Shown here piece after piece: positions 9,041 through 20,420 of a stretch of DNA of 64,000 nucleotides. The stretch covers positions 178,436,001 through 178,500,000 of the forward strand of contig NW_027362771.1 of NCBI RefSeq assembly GCF_046119375.1. The letters are read 5' to 3'. The first letter of the stretch is position 1, and each line of letters begins with the position of its first letter. Below the pieces are notes generated by a model that was not told the DNA's origin, made no database searches, and worked only from the letters and a program-made list of their open reading frames with translations. This DNA comes from Phyllobates terribilis (Eukaryota). The position numbers and the translations under genes were made by a program.

Positions 9041-11620
9041 GTTCCCATTATTAACAAGTGGGTCTCCTATACTGTTATTGCGTAAGCAGTGACTGCAAGG
9101 GCTGCCAAAAATATGGATGCAACCCAATACCCCTTTGAAGAGACATAGAAGAGGGTCTCAGTTAAAAAAAATGTTCCCATTAAAAAGGAGCGGGTCTCCT
9201 ATAGTGGTAATGTCCATGCTGTGACTGCAAGGGCTGCCAAAATTTGGGAAAAACCCCACTAAGAATTTAAAGACACATAGAGCAGGGCCACAGTAACGAC
9301 AAATTCCCATTACAAAGGAGAGAGTCTGCTATACAGTTATATGGTATGCAGTGAGTCCAACGGCTGACCAATTTTAGGAAAAACCCCACTAAGAATTTAA
9401 AGACACATAGAGCAGGGCCACAGTAATGACAAATTCCCACTAGAAAGGAGAGAGTTTGCTATACAGTTTTAGGGTATGCAGTGAGTCCAACGGCTGACCA
9501 ATTTAAGGAAAAACCCAACTAAGAATTTAAAGACACATAGAGCAGGGCCACAGTAACAACAAATTCCCATTAGCAAGGAGAGAGTCTGCTATACAGTTAT
9601 AGGGTATGCAGTGAGTCCAACGGCTGACCAATTTTAGGAAAAATCCCACTAAGAATTTAAAGACACATAGAGCAGGGCCACAGTAATGACAAATTCCCAT
9701 TAGAAAGGAGAAAGTCTACTATACTGTTATAGGGTATGCAGTGAGTCCAACAGCTGACCAGTTTTAGGAAAAACCCCACTAAGAATTTAAAGACACATAG
9801 AGCAGGGCCACAGTAACAAGTCCGACATGTTCCCATTAGAAAGGAGAGGGTCTGCTATACAGTTATAGGTTATGCAGTGAGTCCAACGGCTGACCAATTT
9901 TAGGAAAAACCTCACTAAGAATTTAAAGACACATAGAGTAGGACCACAATAACGACAAATTCCCATTAGAAAGGAGAGAGTCTGCTATACAGTTATAGGG
10001 TATGCAGTGAGTCCAACGGCTCAGTAATTTTAGGAAAAACCCCACTAAGAATTTAAAGACACATAGAGCAGGGCCACAGTAACAAGTCAGACATGTTCCC
10101 ATTAGAAAGGAGAGAGTCTGCTATAGAGTTATAGAGCATATAGTGAGTCCAACGGCTGACCAATTTTAGGATAAACCCACTAAGAATTGAAAGACACATA
10201 GAGCAGGGCCACAGTAACGACAAATTCCCATTAGAAAGGAGAGAGTCTACTATACAGTTATAGGGTATGCAGTGAGTCCAACGGCCAACCAATTTTAGGA
10301 AAAACCCCACTAAGAAATTAAAGACACATAGAGCAGGGCCACAGTAACAAGTCCGACATGTTCCTATTTGAAAGGAAAGGGTCTGCTATACTGTTAAAGG
10401 GTATGCAGTGAGTCGAACGGCTGCCAAAATTTAGAAAAAAAAACAATAACAATTTGAAGACACATAGAACTGGGCCACAGTAATGACATGTTCCCACTAG
10501 AAAGGAGATGGTCTATTATATAGTAATATGGTATGCATGGAATCCAACAGCTGCCAACTCTTAGGAAAAACTCTACTAACAGTTGAAAGACACATAGAGC
10601 TGGGCCACAGTAACAACATGTTTCTATTAGAAAGAAGAGGGTCTGTTATTTAGTTATAGGGTATGCAGTGAATCCAACAGCTGTCAAAATTTAAGAAAAA
10701 CCCTACTAACAATTGATAGACACCTAGAGCTGGGGCACAGTAATGACATGTTCATATTAGAGAGGAGAGGGTCTGCTATACAGTTGTACGGTATGCAGTG
10801 AGTCCAACGGCTGCCAAAATTTATCAAAACCCTAATAACAATTTAAAGACACATAGAGCTGGGCCTCAGTAACGACATGTTCCCATTAGAAAGGAGCTGG
10901 TCTGCTATACAGTTATTGGGTATGCAGTGAGTCCAACGGCTGCCAAAAGTTTGGAAAAACCCTACTAACAATTTAAAGACAGACAGAGCTGGGCCACAGT
11001 AACGACATGTTCCCATTAGAAAGGAGAGGGTCTACTATACAGTTATATCATATGCAGTGAGTCCAACGGCTGCCAAAATTTAGGAAAAACCCTACTAATA
11101 ATTTAAGGACACATAGAGCTGGGCCACAGTAATGACATGTTCCCATTAGAACGGAATGGGTCTGCTATCCAGTTATAGAGAATGCAGTGAGTCCAATGGC
11201 TGACAAAATTTAGTAAAACCCCCACTAACAATTTAAAACACATACACCTGGGCCACAGTAATGACATGATCCCACTAGAAAGGAGACGGTCTGCTATACA
11301 GTTATAGGGTATGCAGTGAGTCCAACGGCTGCCAAAATTTAGGAAAAACCCTACTAACAATTTAAAGACACAGAGAGCTGGGCCTCAGTAACGACATGTT
11401 CCCATTAGAAAGGAGCAAGTCTGCTACACAGTTATAGGGTGTGCAGTGAGTCCAATGTCTGCCAAAATTTAGAAAATAAAACAATAACAATTTAGAGACA
11501 CATAGAGCTGGGCCACAGTAACGACATGTTCCCACTAGAAAGAAGAGGGTCTGCTATACAGTTTTAGGGTATGCAGTGAGTCCAACGGCTGCCAAAATTT
11601 AGGAAAAACCTCACTAACAA
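9041..11620. repeat. 130-bp tandem satellite inside hAT2, about 20 copies
   Basis: AGCAGGGCCACAGTAA recurs at 9281, 9411, 9541, 9671 and 9801 (130-bp period). Units carrying the 6-bp AAGTCC insertion are 136 bp. Confidence 0.95.
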
Positions 11621-12210
11621 TCCTCACCCCCAATCCCGGTATGCGTTGCATCCCTCACCCCCAATCCCAGTATGCGTGGCACCCCTCATCCCCAATCCCG
11701 GTATGCGTGGCACCCCTCATCCCTAATCCCGTTATGCGTGGCACTCCTCATCCCCAGTCCCGGTATACGTGGCACCCCTCATCTCCTATCCCGGTATGCA
11801 TGGCACCCCTCATCCCCAATCGCGGGATGGGTAGCACTCCTCATCCCCAATCCCAGTATGCGTGGTACCCCTCACCCCCAATACCGGTATGCATGGCACC
11901 CCTCATCCCCAATCCTGGTATGCATGGCACCCCTCATCCCCAATCCTGGTATGCATGGTACCCCTCATCTTCAATCCTGGTATGCATGGCTCCCTCACCC
12001 CCATCCTGGTAGGCAAGGCACTCCTCATCCCTATCCTGGTATGCATGGGCCCCTCATCCCCAATCCTGGTATACACGGTATCCCTCATCCCTATCTTGGT
12101 ATGTATGGTGCCCCTCATCCCTATCTTGGTATGTATGGTACCCCTCACCCCCCAATCCTGGTATGCATGGTCCCCTCACCCCACAATCCTGGTATGTGTG
12201 GCCCCCTCAT
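11620..12210. repeat. About 31-bp minisatellite (CCCTCATCCCCAATCCYGGTATGCRTGGCAC), about 19 copies
   Basis: Tandem units are directly visible. Confidence 0.92.
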
Positions 12211-12686
12211 CCCTTTCATGCTGTACACACATACAAAAAAATAAACAGTTATACTCACCTTTCTTCTCTGTGCTCCAGCGCTGCTGAGTCCTGTTCTGCC
12301 GGAGGCCGGGGGAGGAGTGCGGCGCCGGAGCACTGCGCTGTCCGGCGCCATTTTGCTGAAGATACACTGCAAATGTGTCTTCAGTAAAATGGCGCCGGAT
12401 AGCGCTATGCGCATGCGCCGATCCGACGCCTTACTCCTGCCCCGGTCTCCGGCGAAGAGAGAGGCGCCGCGGCAATGCTCCTCCCGGTCAGGTAAGTTTA
12501 TAAGTATGGTGCCGGAGATCGCGGTATACGTTCAGTGTCTATGAATACCGCGATCTCCAGCGACATACACTCCTCTTACCTGTAACTGCTCCAAACGTTC
12601 TTCTGTCTGGAGCCAGACTGCGCGACGCGCATGCGTAGTCTACAAAGGCTTCAGACAGAGGTACGCTTAGCCAATTATATTATAGA
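11620..12686 (-). mobile_element. Non-autonomous Helitron-like element inserted in the satellite; 3' end deleted
   Basis: Minus-strand 5' end A|TCTATAATATAATTGGCTAAG at 12686, inserted at an A|T position of the satellite motif GGTA|TGCA. No TSD or TIR. Internal hairpins at 12341-12398 and 12512-12560. No CTAG end at the left junction. Confidence 0.5.
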
Positions 12687-13125
12687 TGCAATGAGTCCAA
12701 CGGCTGCTGAAATTTAGGAAAAACCCTACTAACAATTTAAAGACACATAGAGCTATACAGTTATAGGGTATGCAGTGAGTCCAACAGCTTACCAATTTTA
12801 GCAAAAACCCCACTAAGAATTTAAAGACACATAGAGCAGGGCCACAGTAATGACAAATTCCCATTAGAAAGGAGAGAGTCTGCTATACAGTTATAGGGTA
12901 TGCAGTGAGTCCAACGGCTGACCAATTTTAGGAAAAACACTACTAAGAATTTAAAGACACATAGAGCAGGGCCACAGTAATGACAAATTCACATTAGAAA
13001 GCAGAGGGTCTCCCAAAGTGTTGGCCTATTCAGTGAATGCAAGGTCTGCCAAAAATTGGGAGGAACTCCAATGCCCCTTGGAAGAGACTTAGAGGGCCTC
13101 ATAAAAAAATGTTCCCATTAAAATG
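12687..13125. repeat. Continuation of the 130-bp satellite, about 3.5 copies
   Basis: The same monomer resumes at TGCAATGAGTCCAACGG directly after the insertion. Confidence 0.92.
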
Positions 13126-13441
13126 GAGAGGGTCCCTATACTTGTAATGCCGATGCACTAAGTGTATGGACTGACAAACATTTACCCCTGGGGGGTATAC
13201 ATGAACATACTGTATAAAAACATTTTTTTAAAGGCATCATAAACACCCTTTAAAAAATTGATGTGGGTATTGCATCACGGACCATGGTCACCCTGGTGAT
13301 ATGGTGGTGGAGGATGAGGATGAGGAGAAGGAGGAGGACAAGAGCAAATAGCCCAAATCAGGAAGCGTATACCCATGTGTGAGTGTGAAGAGGTGCATGG
13401 GAATACACCTCCCAAAAAAAGACACTGGATTTGAGTTTATG

Positions 13442-16400
13442 TTACGCTGCTAACATTCGGTGGTGTTGAGAAGTCTGGCCCAATCCCTTGTTCATTTTTA
13501 TAAGAGTCAGCCTGTCAGCATTTTCAGTTGACAGGCGGATGCGCTTATCAGTTATAATTCCACCAGCGGCACTAAAAACCCGCTCTGATAAAACGCTAGC
13601 GACAGGGCAGCCCAGGACCTCCAAGGCATAGAGAGCCAGTTCATTCCACGTGTCCAGCTTGGATACCCAATAATTAAAAAGCACAGAGGAATCACGGAGG
13701 ACGATAGTACGGTCGGCAAGGTACTCTCTCAGCATCTTCCCAAACTTTGCACTCCTTGTGACAGTACCCCGCACCTCAGGGCATGTGCGGTGGGAGGGTC
13801 TGCGAAAACTGTCCCAGAACTTTGACAGTGTTCCCCTGCCTCTGCTGGATTGCCTTTGTGTCTCTCTCACCTGTACTCCTTGGTTGTCCAACGAACTGTG
13901 ACCTCTGCCGCCAGCATTTTAAGATGGAAATTTTTTTAATAGTTCCGCAACAAGGGCCTTCTGGTACTGTCCCATTTTTGCAGACCTGTCCGCCTCAGGA
14001 ATAAGAGATATAAAGTTCTCCTTGTAGCGTGGGTCTAGAAGTGTCACCAACCAGTAATGACTGTCACCCAAAATTTTGAGAACGCGAGGGTCATGGGAAA
14101 GGCAGCATAACATAAACTCAGCCACGCGTGCCAGACTGCTAACAGGCAAGACTTCCGTGTCCTCACCAAGAGGATGACTGACCATGCTCTCCTCCTCCTC
14201 TCTGTACTCTGTCCATCCACGCTGAACAGACGTTATGACAGTTGTGCAGGTAGTACCGTCTATAGCGCATGAAACTAGCTCCTGTTCTTCCTCCTCCTCT
14301 TCTTCATTGTCACCCAATCTACGTTAGAATGAGATGAAGCTGGGCTGTGTGTAATCACCCTGTATGGTTCCTTGCTCCATCTCATCGTGCTCTGCTTGCA
14401 ATGCATCCTCTTTGATTGTGAGCAGAAAGCGTTTCAGAAGACAGAGAAGCGAGATGGTGACGCTAATTATGGCGTCATCGTCGCTCACCATCTTGGTGGA
14501 ATCCTCAAAGTTTTTGAGGATGGTACATATGTCTGACATCCATGTCCACTCCTGAGGTCTTATGTGTGGAGTCTGAACTGGATACCGACAGTCTTGTTGA
14601 TGCCAGTACTCAACAACTGCCCTCTTCTGCTCACAAATCCTTCCTAACATCTGCAGTGTAGAGTTTCAATGCGTGAGGACATCACATACCAGTCTGTGAG
14701 CCGAAAGCTGCAAACGCTGCTGAAATATGGCAAGGGCGGCGGAAGCTGTAGGTGACTTTCTAAAATGGGCACACAGGTGGCGTACTTTAACAAGCAGATC
14801 CGGCAGCTCCGGGTAGGATTTGAGAAACCGTTGAACCACAAGGTTAAGCACATGGGCCAGGCATGGTACGTGTGTGAGCTTGCCTCAGCTCAGAGCCGCC
14901 ACCAGGTTCCGGCCATTGTCACACACGACCATGCTTCGCTGTAGGTTCAGCGGTGTTAGCCACAGATCTGCCTGCTCTTTCAGAGCTGTCCACAACTCTT
15001 CAGCATTGTGCTTTTTGTCACCTAAGCATATTAGCTTCAGCACAGCCTCTTGCCGCTTGGCCGAGGCAGTGATGCAGTGCTTCCAGCTTGTGACTGATGT
15101 GGTCATTTCAGATATGGAGGCTGAAGAGGAGGAGGAGGCTAAGGAGGATGAGGTGTAGGAGCTGTAGACTATGGGAGCAACCCTGATTGACCTAGGGCCC
15201 GCAATACTTGGCGTCGGGAGGACGTGTTCCATCCCAAGGTCCACCTGGGTCCCGGCTTCCACTGTGTTAACCCAGTGTGCCGTCAGCGACATGTACCGTC
15301 CTTGCCCACAAGCACTTGTCCACGTGTACGTGGTTAGGTGGACTTTCCCGGTAACTGCGTTGTTGAGGGTACTGCTAATGTTTTGGGACACGTGCTTGTG
15401 TAATGTGGGGATAGCACACCTGGAGAAATAGTGGCGGCTGGGGACCGAGTACCGAGGGATGGCCACCGCCATCAGGTTGCGGAATGCTTCCGTCTCCACG
15501 AGCCTAAAAGGCAACATTTCAAGCGCAAGCAGTCGTGAAATGTGAGAATTTAGTACTGTGGCCTGTGGGTGTTGGCTGTGTATTTGCGCTTGCGTTTCAA
15601 GGAGTGGGGTATGGACAACTGAACGCTGCACTGGTTTTAGGATGTGGACGTGCCTCCTGATGCTGCTACTTGAGAGTGTGCAACGACAGGTGCAGGGCAG
15701 GAGGCATCTTCGCATGCACCATGGACAGGGGATTGAATTGCATGCACAACAGCGGAAGAAGCAATGGTGCCACCCGCAGACACTGTTTCTGTACCCTTGG
15801 GGTTCAGCCCACAAAGTTGGGTGCTTTGATGCCATGTGCCTGATCATGCTGGTGGTGGTCAGGCTGGTCATTTTGCCACCCCTGCTGATGCTGGCCTGCA
15901 GGTGGTGCAAAGCCCTAACAGTTGTACTGGCAACTTCCTTTGTGTTGGTGTTACGGGGAACGGTTGCCTGCCTTCTTTCTGCAGCCACCACACTGCTTCT
16001 TCCTGTTAGGGTGCTCTGCCTACCTCCCCCTGTGTGCTGCTCTACTCGCTCTGCGTGTCCTCCTGCCAGGTTGAGTCAGTTACTATATCATCCACCACCT
16101 TGTCTTCCACTTCCGCGCTCTGGTCCTCCTCCTGACTTTCTGGCAATTGTGTCTCATCATCGTCCACCTCTTGTGACACTTTCCCACCGTCGCCTTCATG
16201 TGACCGTGGCTGCTCAAATATTTGGGCATTGCTAGATGCGATCTCCTCTTGCCCCATTTCAATTGGAGCGGGCGAGAGGCCAGAATCTATAAATGGGAAA
16301 GTGAACAGCTCTTCGGAGTGTCCAAGTGTGGGATCAGTTGTTTCTGGGCACTCGGCATGGTGGGAGGAAGGAAGTTCAGGGTGAGGAATATCCGGTCCAG

Positions 16401-16688
16401 ACTCACAGCTACTGAGACTTGACCGTGTGGAAGACAAGGTGGTGGTGGTGGTGGTGGTGGCTAAGTGACTGGAAGCATTATCTGCTATCCAACTAATACC
16501 TTTTCACACTGCTCTGTGTTCAATAGTGGTGTTCTGCGGTCCCCTATTAATTGGGACAGGAAGGTCAAGCGAGAAGATGTGGGTGTTTGTTGTGGCACAA
16601 TTTCAGCTTGCCCACGGCCTCGGCCTCTGCATGCACCATCCTCACCATCAAGTCCAGTTCCCTGTCCCTTGCCAAGTGCCTTGCCCAT
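13442..16688 (-). pseudogene. hAT2 transposase, several frameshifts and stops
   Basis: ATG at 16688 (MGKALGKG...). BED-finger remnant SRGGKMTSLTTTSMIRHMASKHP; VHLTTYTWTS (first D mutated); VCDNGRNL; LLDPRYKE; YWVSKLDTWNELALYALEVLGCPVASVLSERVFSAAG. Confidence 0.9.
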
Positions 16689-16749
16689 TTTAAATGGAGG
16701 ACAATATCTTCAATGCTCACAACAAATGACTGAATTTGGAGCGAACTTA

Positions 16750-17100
16750 TATGTGATCCGTTTAAAACCACAGTTTTAAATACCTGGCCTGTAGGTAACT
16801 ATTTTGAACAGCAAACTGGTGTCAATTGCTTCACTGACACACTGAAACAAATTTTTAATTGAGGTCAGAAATGGCAGTATTTTCTGAAAATGTATATGTG
16901 ATCCGTGTGACGGAGAAAACACAGTTTTAAATACCTGGCCTGTAGGTAACTATTTTGAACAGCAATCTGGTGTCAATTGCTTCACTGACACACTGAAACA
17001 ACTTTTTAATGGAGGTCAGAAATGGCAGTATTATCAGCACAATTACATGAGATCCTTGTGACGGACAAACCACAGTTTTAAATAGCTGGATCTTCAGCGC
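16750..17100. repeat. About 150-bp tandem repeat upstream of the hAT2 transposase, 2-3 copies
   Basis: CACAGTTTTAAATA.CTGG recurs near 16770, 16920 and 17070. Confidence 0.85.
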
Positions 17101-17864
17101 TGTAATATGGAAAGGACCTTGCTGTATTCTGCAGTGCCAACAAGCAAATGGTGCAGAAAAACTGTGTTCTCTGGATTGCTTTTTAAGCAAATAATGAGGA
17201 ATAAGATCCAAAAAAATTATTCCTGGCCCCTGAGACGTGGGCCTATTTCTAGAAATATCTAACAGCAGCAGCAGCAGACAAAACTGGAATGGAGCCTCTT
17301 GTGCAATGTGCACTGCAGTCTGCTATATACACTGCCTGCCTGCCTATATACACTGCATGCCTGATATCTCTGCAGATGGATTAGTCCTCAGAAGGACTGT
17401 TTGTTGAGATGGATATGTGTCTCTAATATAGTTTGGTACATTTACACTAACTAGAAAGAAGAAAATCTCTCCCTAGCTCAGCAGCACCTCTCCCTACACT
17501 GTCTGATTCCGGAGTGACTGTGACGAGCATGGCGGTGACAGGTCTGATATAGACCTGATGACGCTGTGCGGCCAGCCAATCACTGTAATGCCACAACCAA
17601 CATGGCTTCGGCATTAAAGTGAGTGTCAGGCAATCTCTGCATGTTCATTGGCTCTGTAAAGAGACCCAACCATGCAGGGAGGAGACCCGAGCTCCCACCG
17701 AGCAACCCCGGAAATACTTGACGAGCACCGAGCATGTCGAGCAGTGAGATGCTTGGGCGAGCACCGAACAGTTGCGAACATGTTCGCTCATCACTACCCG
17801 TTGTATGTATATGAGATGCTGCATAGTAATCATGCCTGGAGCCATGCTGCAGTTGTCTACATAC

Positions 17865-17938
17865 CAGGTTGGCAGAGCGCCACTGTGCAGTGAAAGGCAA
17901 TGAAGCAGACACAGCATTAAATAAGAACAGTAAACCAT
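17865..17938 (-). CDS. Candidate first coding exon of a host secreted protein (signal peptide); predicted exon 17865-17994
   Basis: Acceptor CTCTCCTCTATTGTACTGGCAG|G at 17994, with all three frames closed before the ATG. AAGAATGG start context. Peptide MVYCSYLMLCLLHCLSLHSGALPT. Donor CCTG|GTATGT at 17865. No homolog recognised. Confidence 0.3.
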
Positions 17939-18176
17939 TCTTTTTCAAGGTGTGCAAAGGTCAGTCCCCAACAATCAAAAAGTGATGGTATATCCTGCCA
18001 GTACAATAGAGGAGAGTAATAACTCTTTATGTAATGTTACATAAATAGCATTACTGAAATATTTGCTATAGTTGTAAGTAATCATGCAGGGAAGAGATTA
18101 GTGATTGTGAGCTTAGATACAATATGACCACTTTGAAAGAGCTGGGCTTTCAAGAACTAAATAGGTAGAGAATATA

Positions 18177-19789
<1,613 letters not shown>

Positions 19790-19944
19790 TACATACCATA
19801 ACTTTCATAAGCACTTCATGATTTACAGAATGACAGGTAACAAAGACCTCACAGAGCAATTTGGCCATTAAAATCTAGCATAGGTCAGTCACAACTCACC
19901 ACCTAAACCATACTTAAAATTCTAAATATTATTTGGCTATCAAG

Positions 19945-20420
19945 CGGCCAAGTCAAGTACAGAACTCAATCCTATTGATGCTAAAGATTGAAAATAGTTG
20001 TTCAAGTGCTGTCCCCAAACAACCTGACAGAGTTTGAAATGTAACAATGAATTGTTAAAAATGTGCAAAATTGAGAGTCCTCAGTGGTTGATACCTTTTA
20101 ATGGCCAACTAAAAAGATAATAACAAATAAGCTTTTGGGACTACTCCGGTCTCTTCATTAAGCATTCTATTCCTGATGAAGAGCCCCGAGTACGGTAATC
20201 TTGAGAAAGCTTTTGATTTGTTATCTTCTTTTTGGTTAGCCATTAAAAGGGATCAACTACTGAGGACTCTCAATTTTTGATTATTTTTCTATGTACTGGC
20301 TGACATATATTTTTCCTGTAAAAAAATGTCCAAAACTAATAAAACATATCCAGACTGCAGTTTTTGCCAAAGTCTCTTCAAATTACTGACTTGAAATGAG
20401 TAGTTGTGTATCCAGTTATT
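19945..20420 (+). mobile_element. Old Tc1 3' remnant interrupted by the palindrome at 20067-20276
   Basis: GGCCAAGTCAAGTACAGAACTCAATCCTATTGA is WPSQSPELNPIE-like; later ACATATCCA...GCAGTTTTTGCCAAAG...AAATTACTGA resembles the transposase C-terminus. Confidence 0.55.
20067..20276. mobile_element. Inverted (foldback) pair of Penelope-type termini with degenerate hammerhead-like cores
   Basis: Arms AAAATTGAGAGTCCTCAGTGGTTGATACCTTTTAATGGCC and its reverse complement GCCATTAAAAGGGATCAACTACTGAGGACTCTCAATTTTT. CTGATGA-A-GAG...GAAAGCTT at 20173-20212, with a degraded copy on the minus strand. Confidence 0.55.

Larger units (their letters stand above)
8805..17796 (-). mobile_element. hAT DNA transposon (hAT2), same family as 32943-39099; left end missing
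   Basis: Right terminus ...GTTCGCTCATCACTA at 17796 with CGAGCA subterminal repeats. 8810-9100 aligns with 33430-33720. Contains a fragmented transposase and two tandem arrays. Confidence 0.88.

Noticed and set aside
11641-12287. Pro/His/Trp-rich ORFs (PHPQSWYAWHP repeats), also at 62761-63516
   Set aside because: Translations of stop-poor minisatellites that are open in several frames on both strands. No evidence of coding.
9041-13125. CRISPR-like periodic array
   Set aside because: Whole 130-bp units repeat with no unique spacers, there are no cas genes, and the context is a eukaryotic transposon. It is a satellite.
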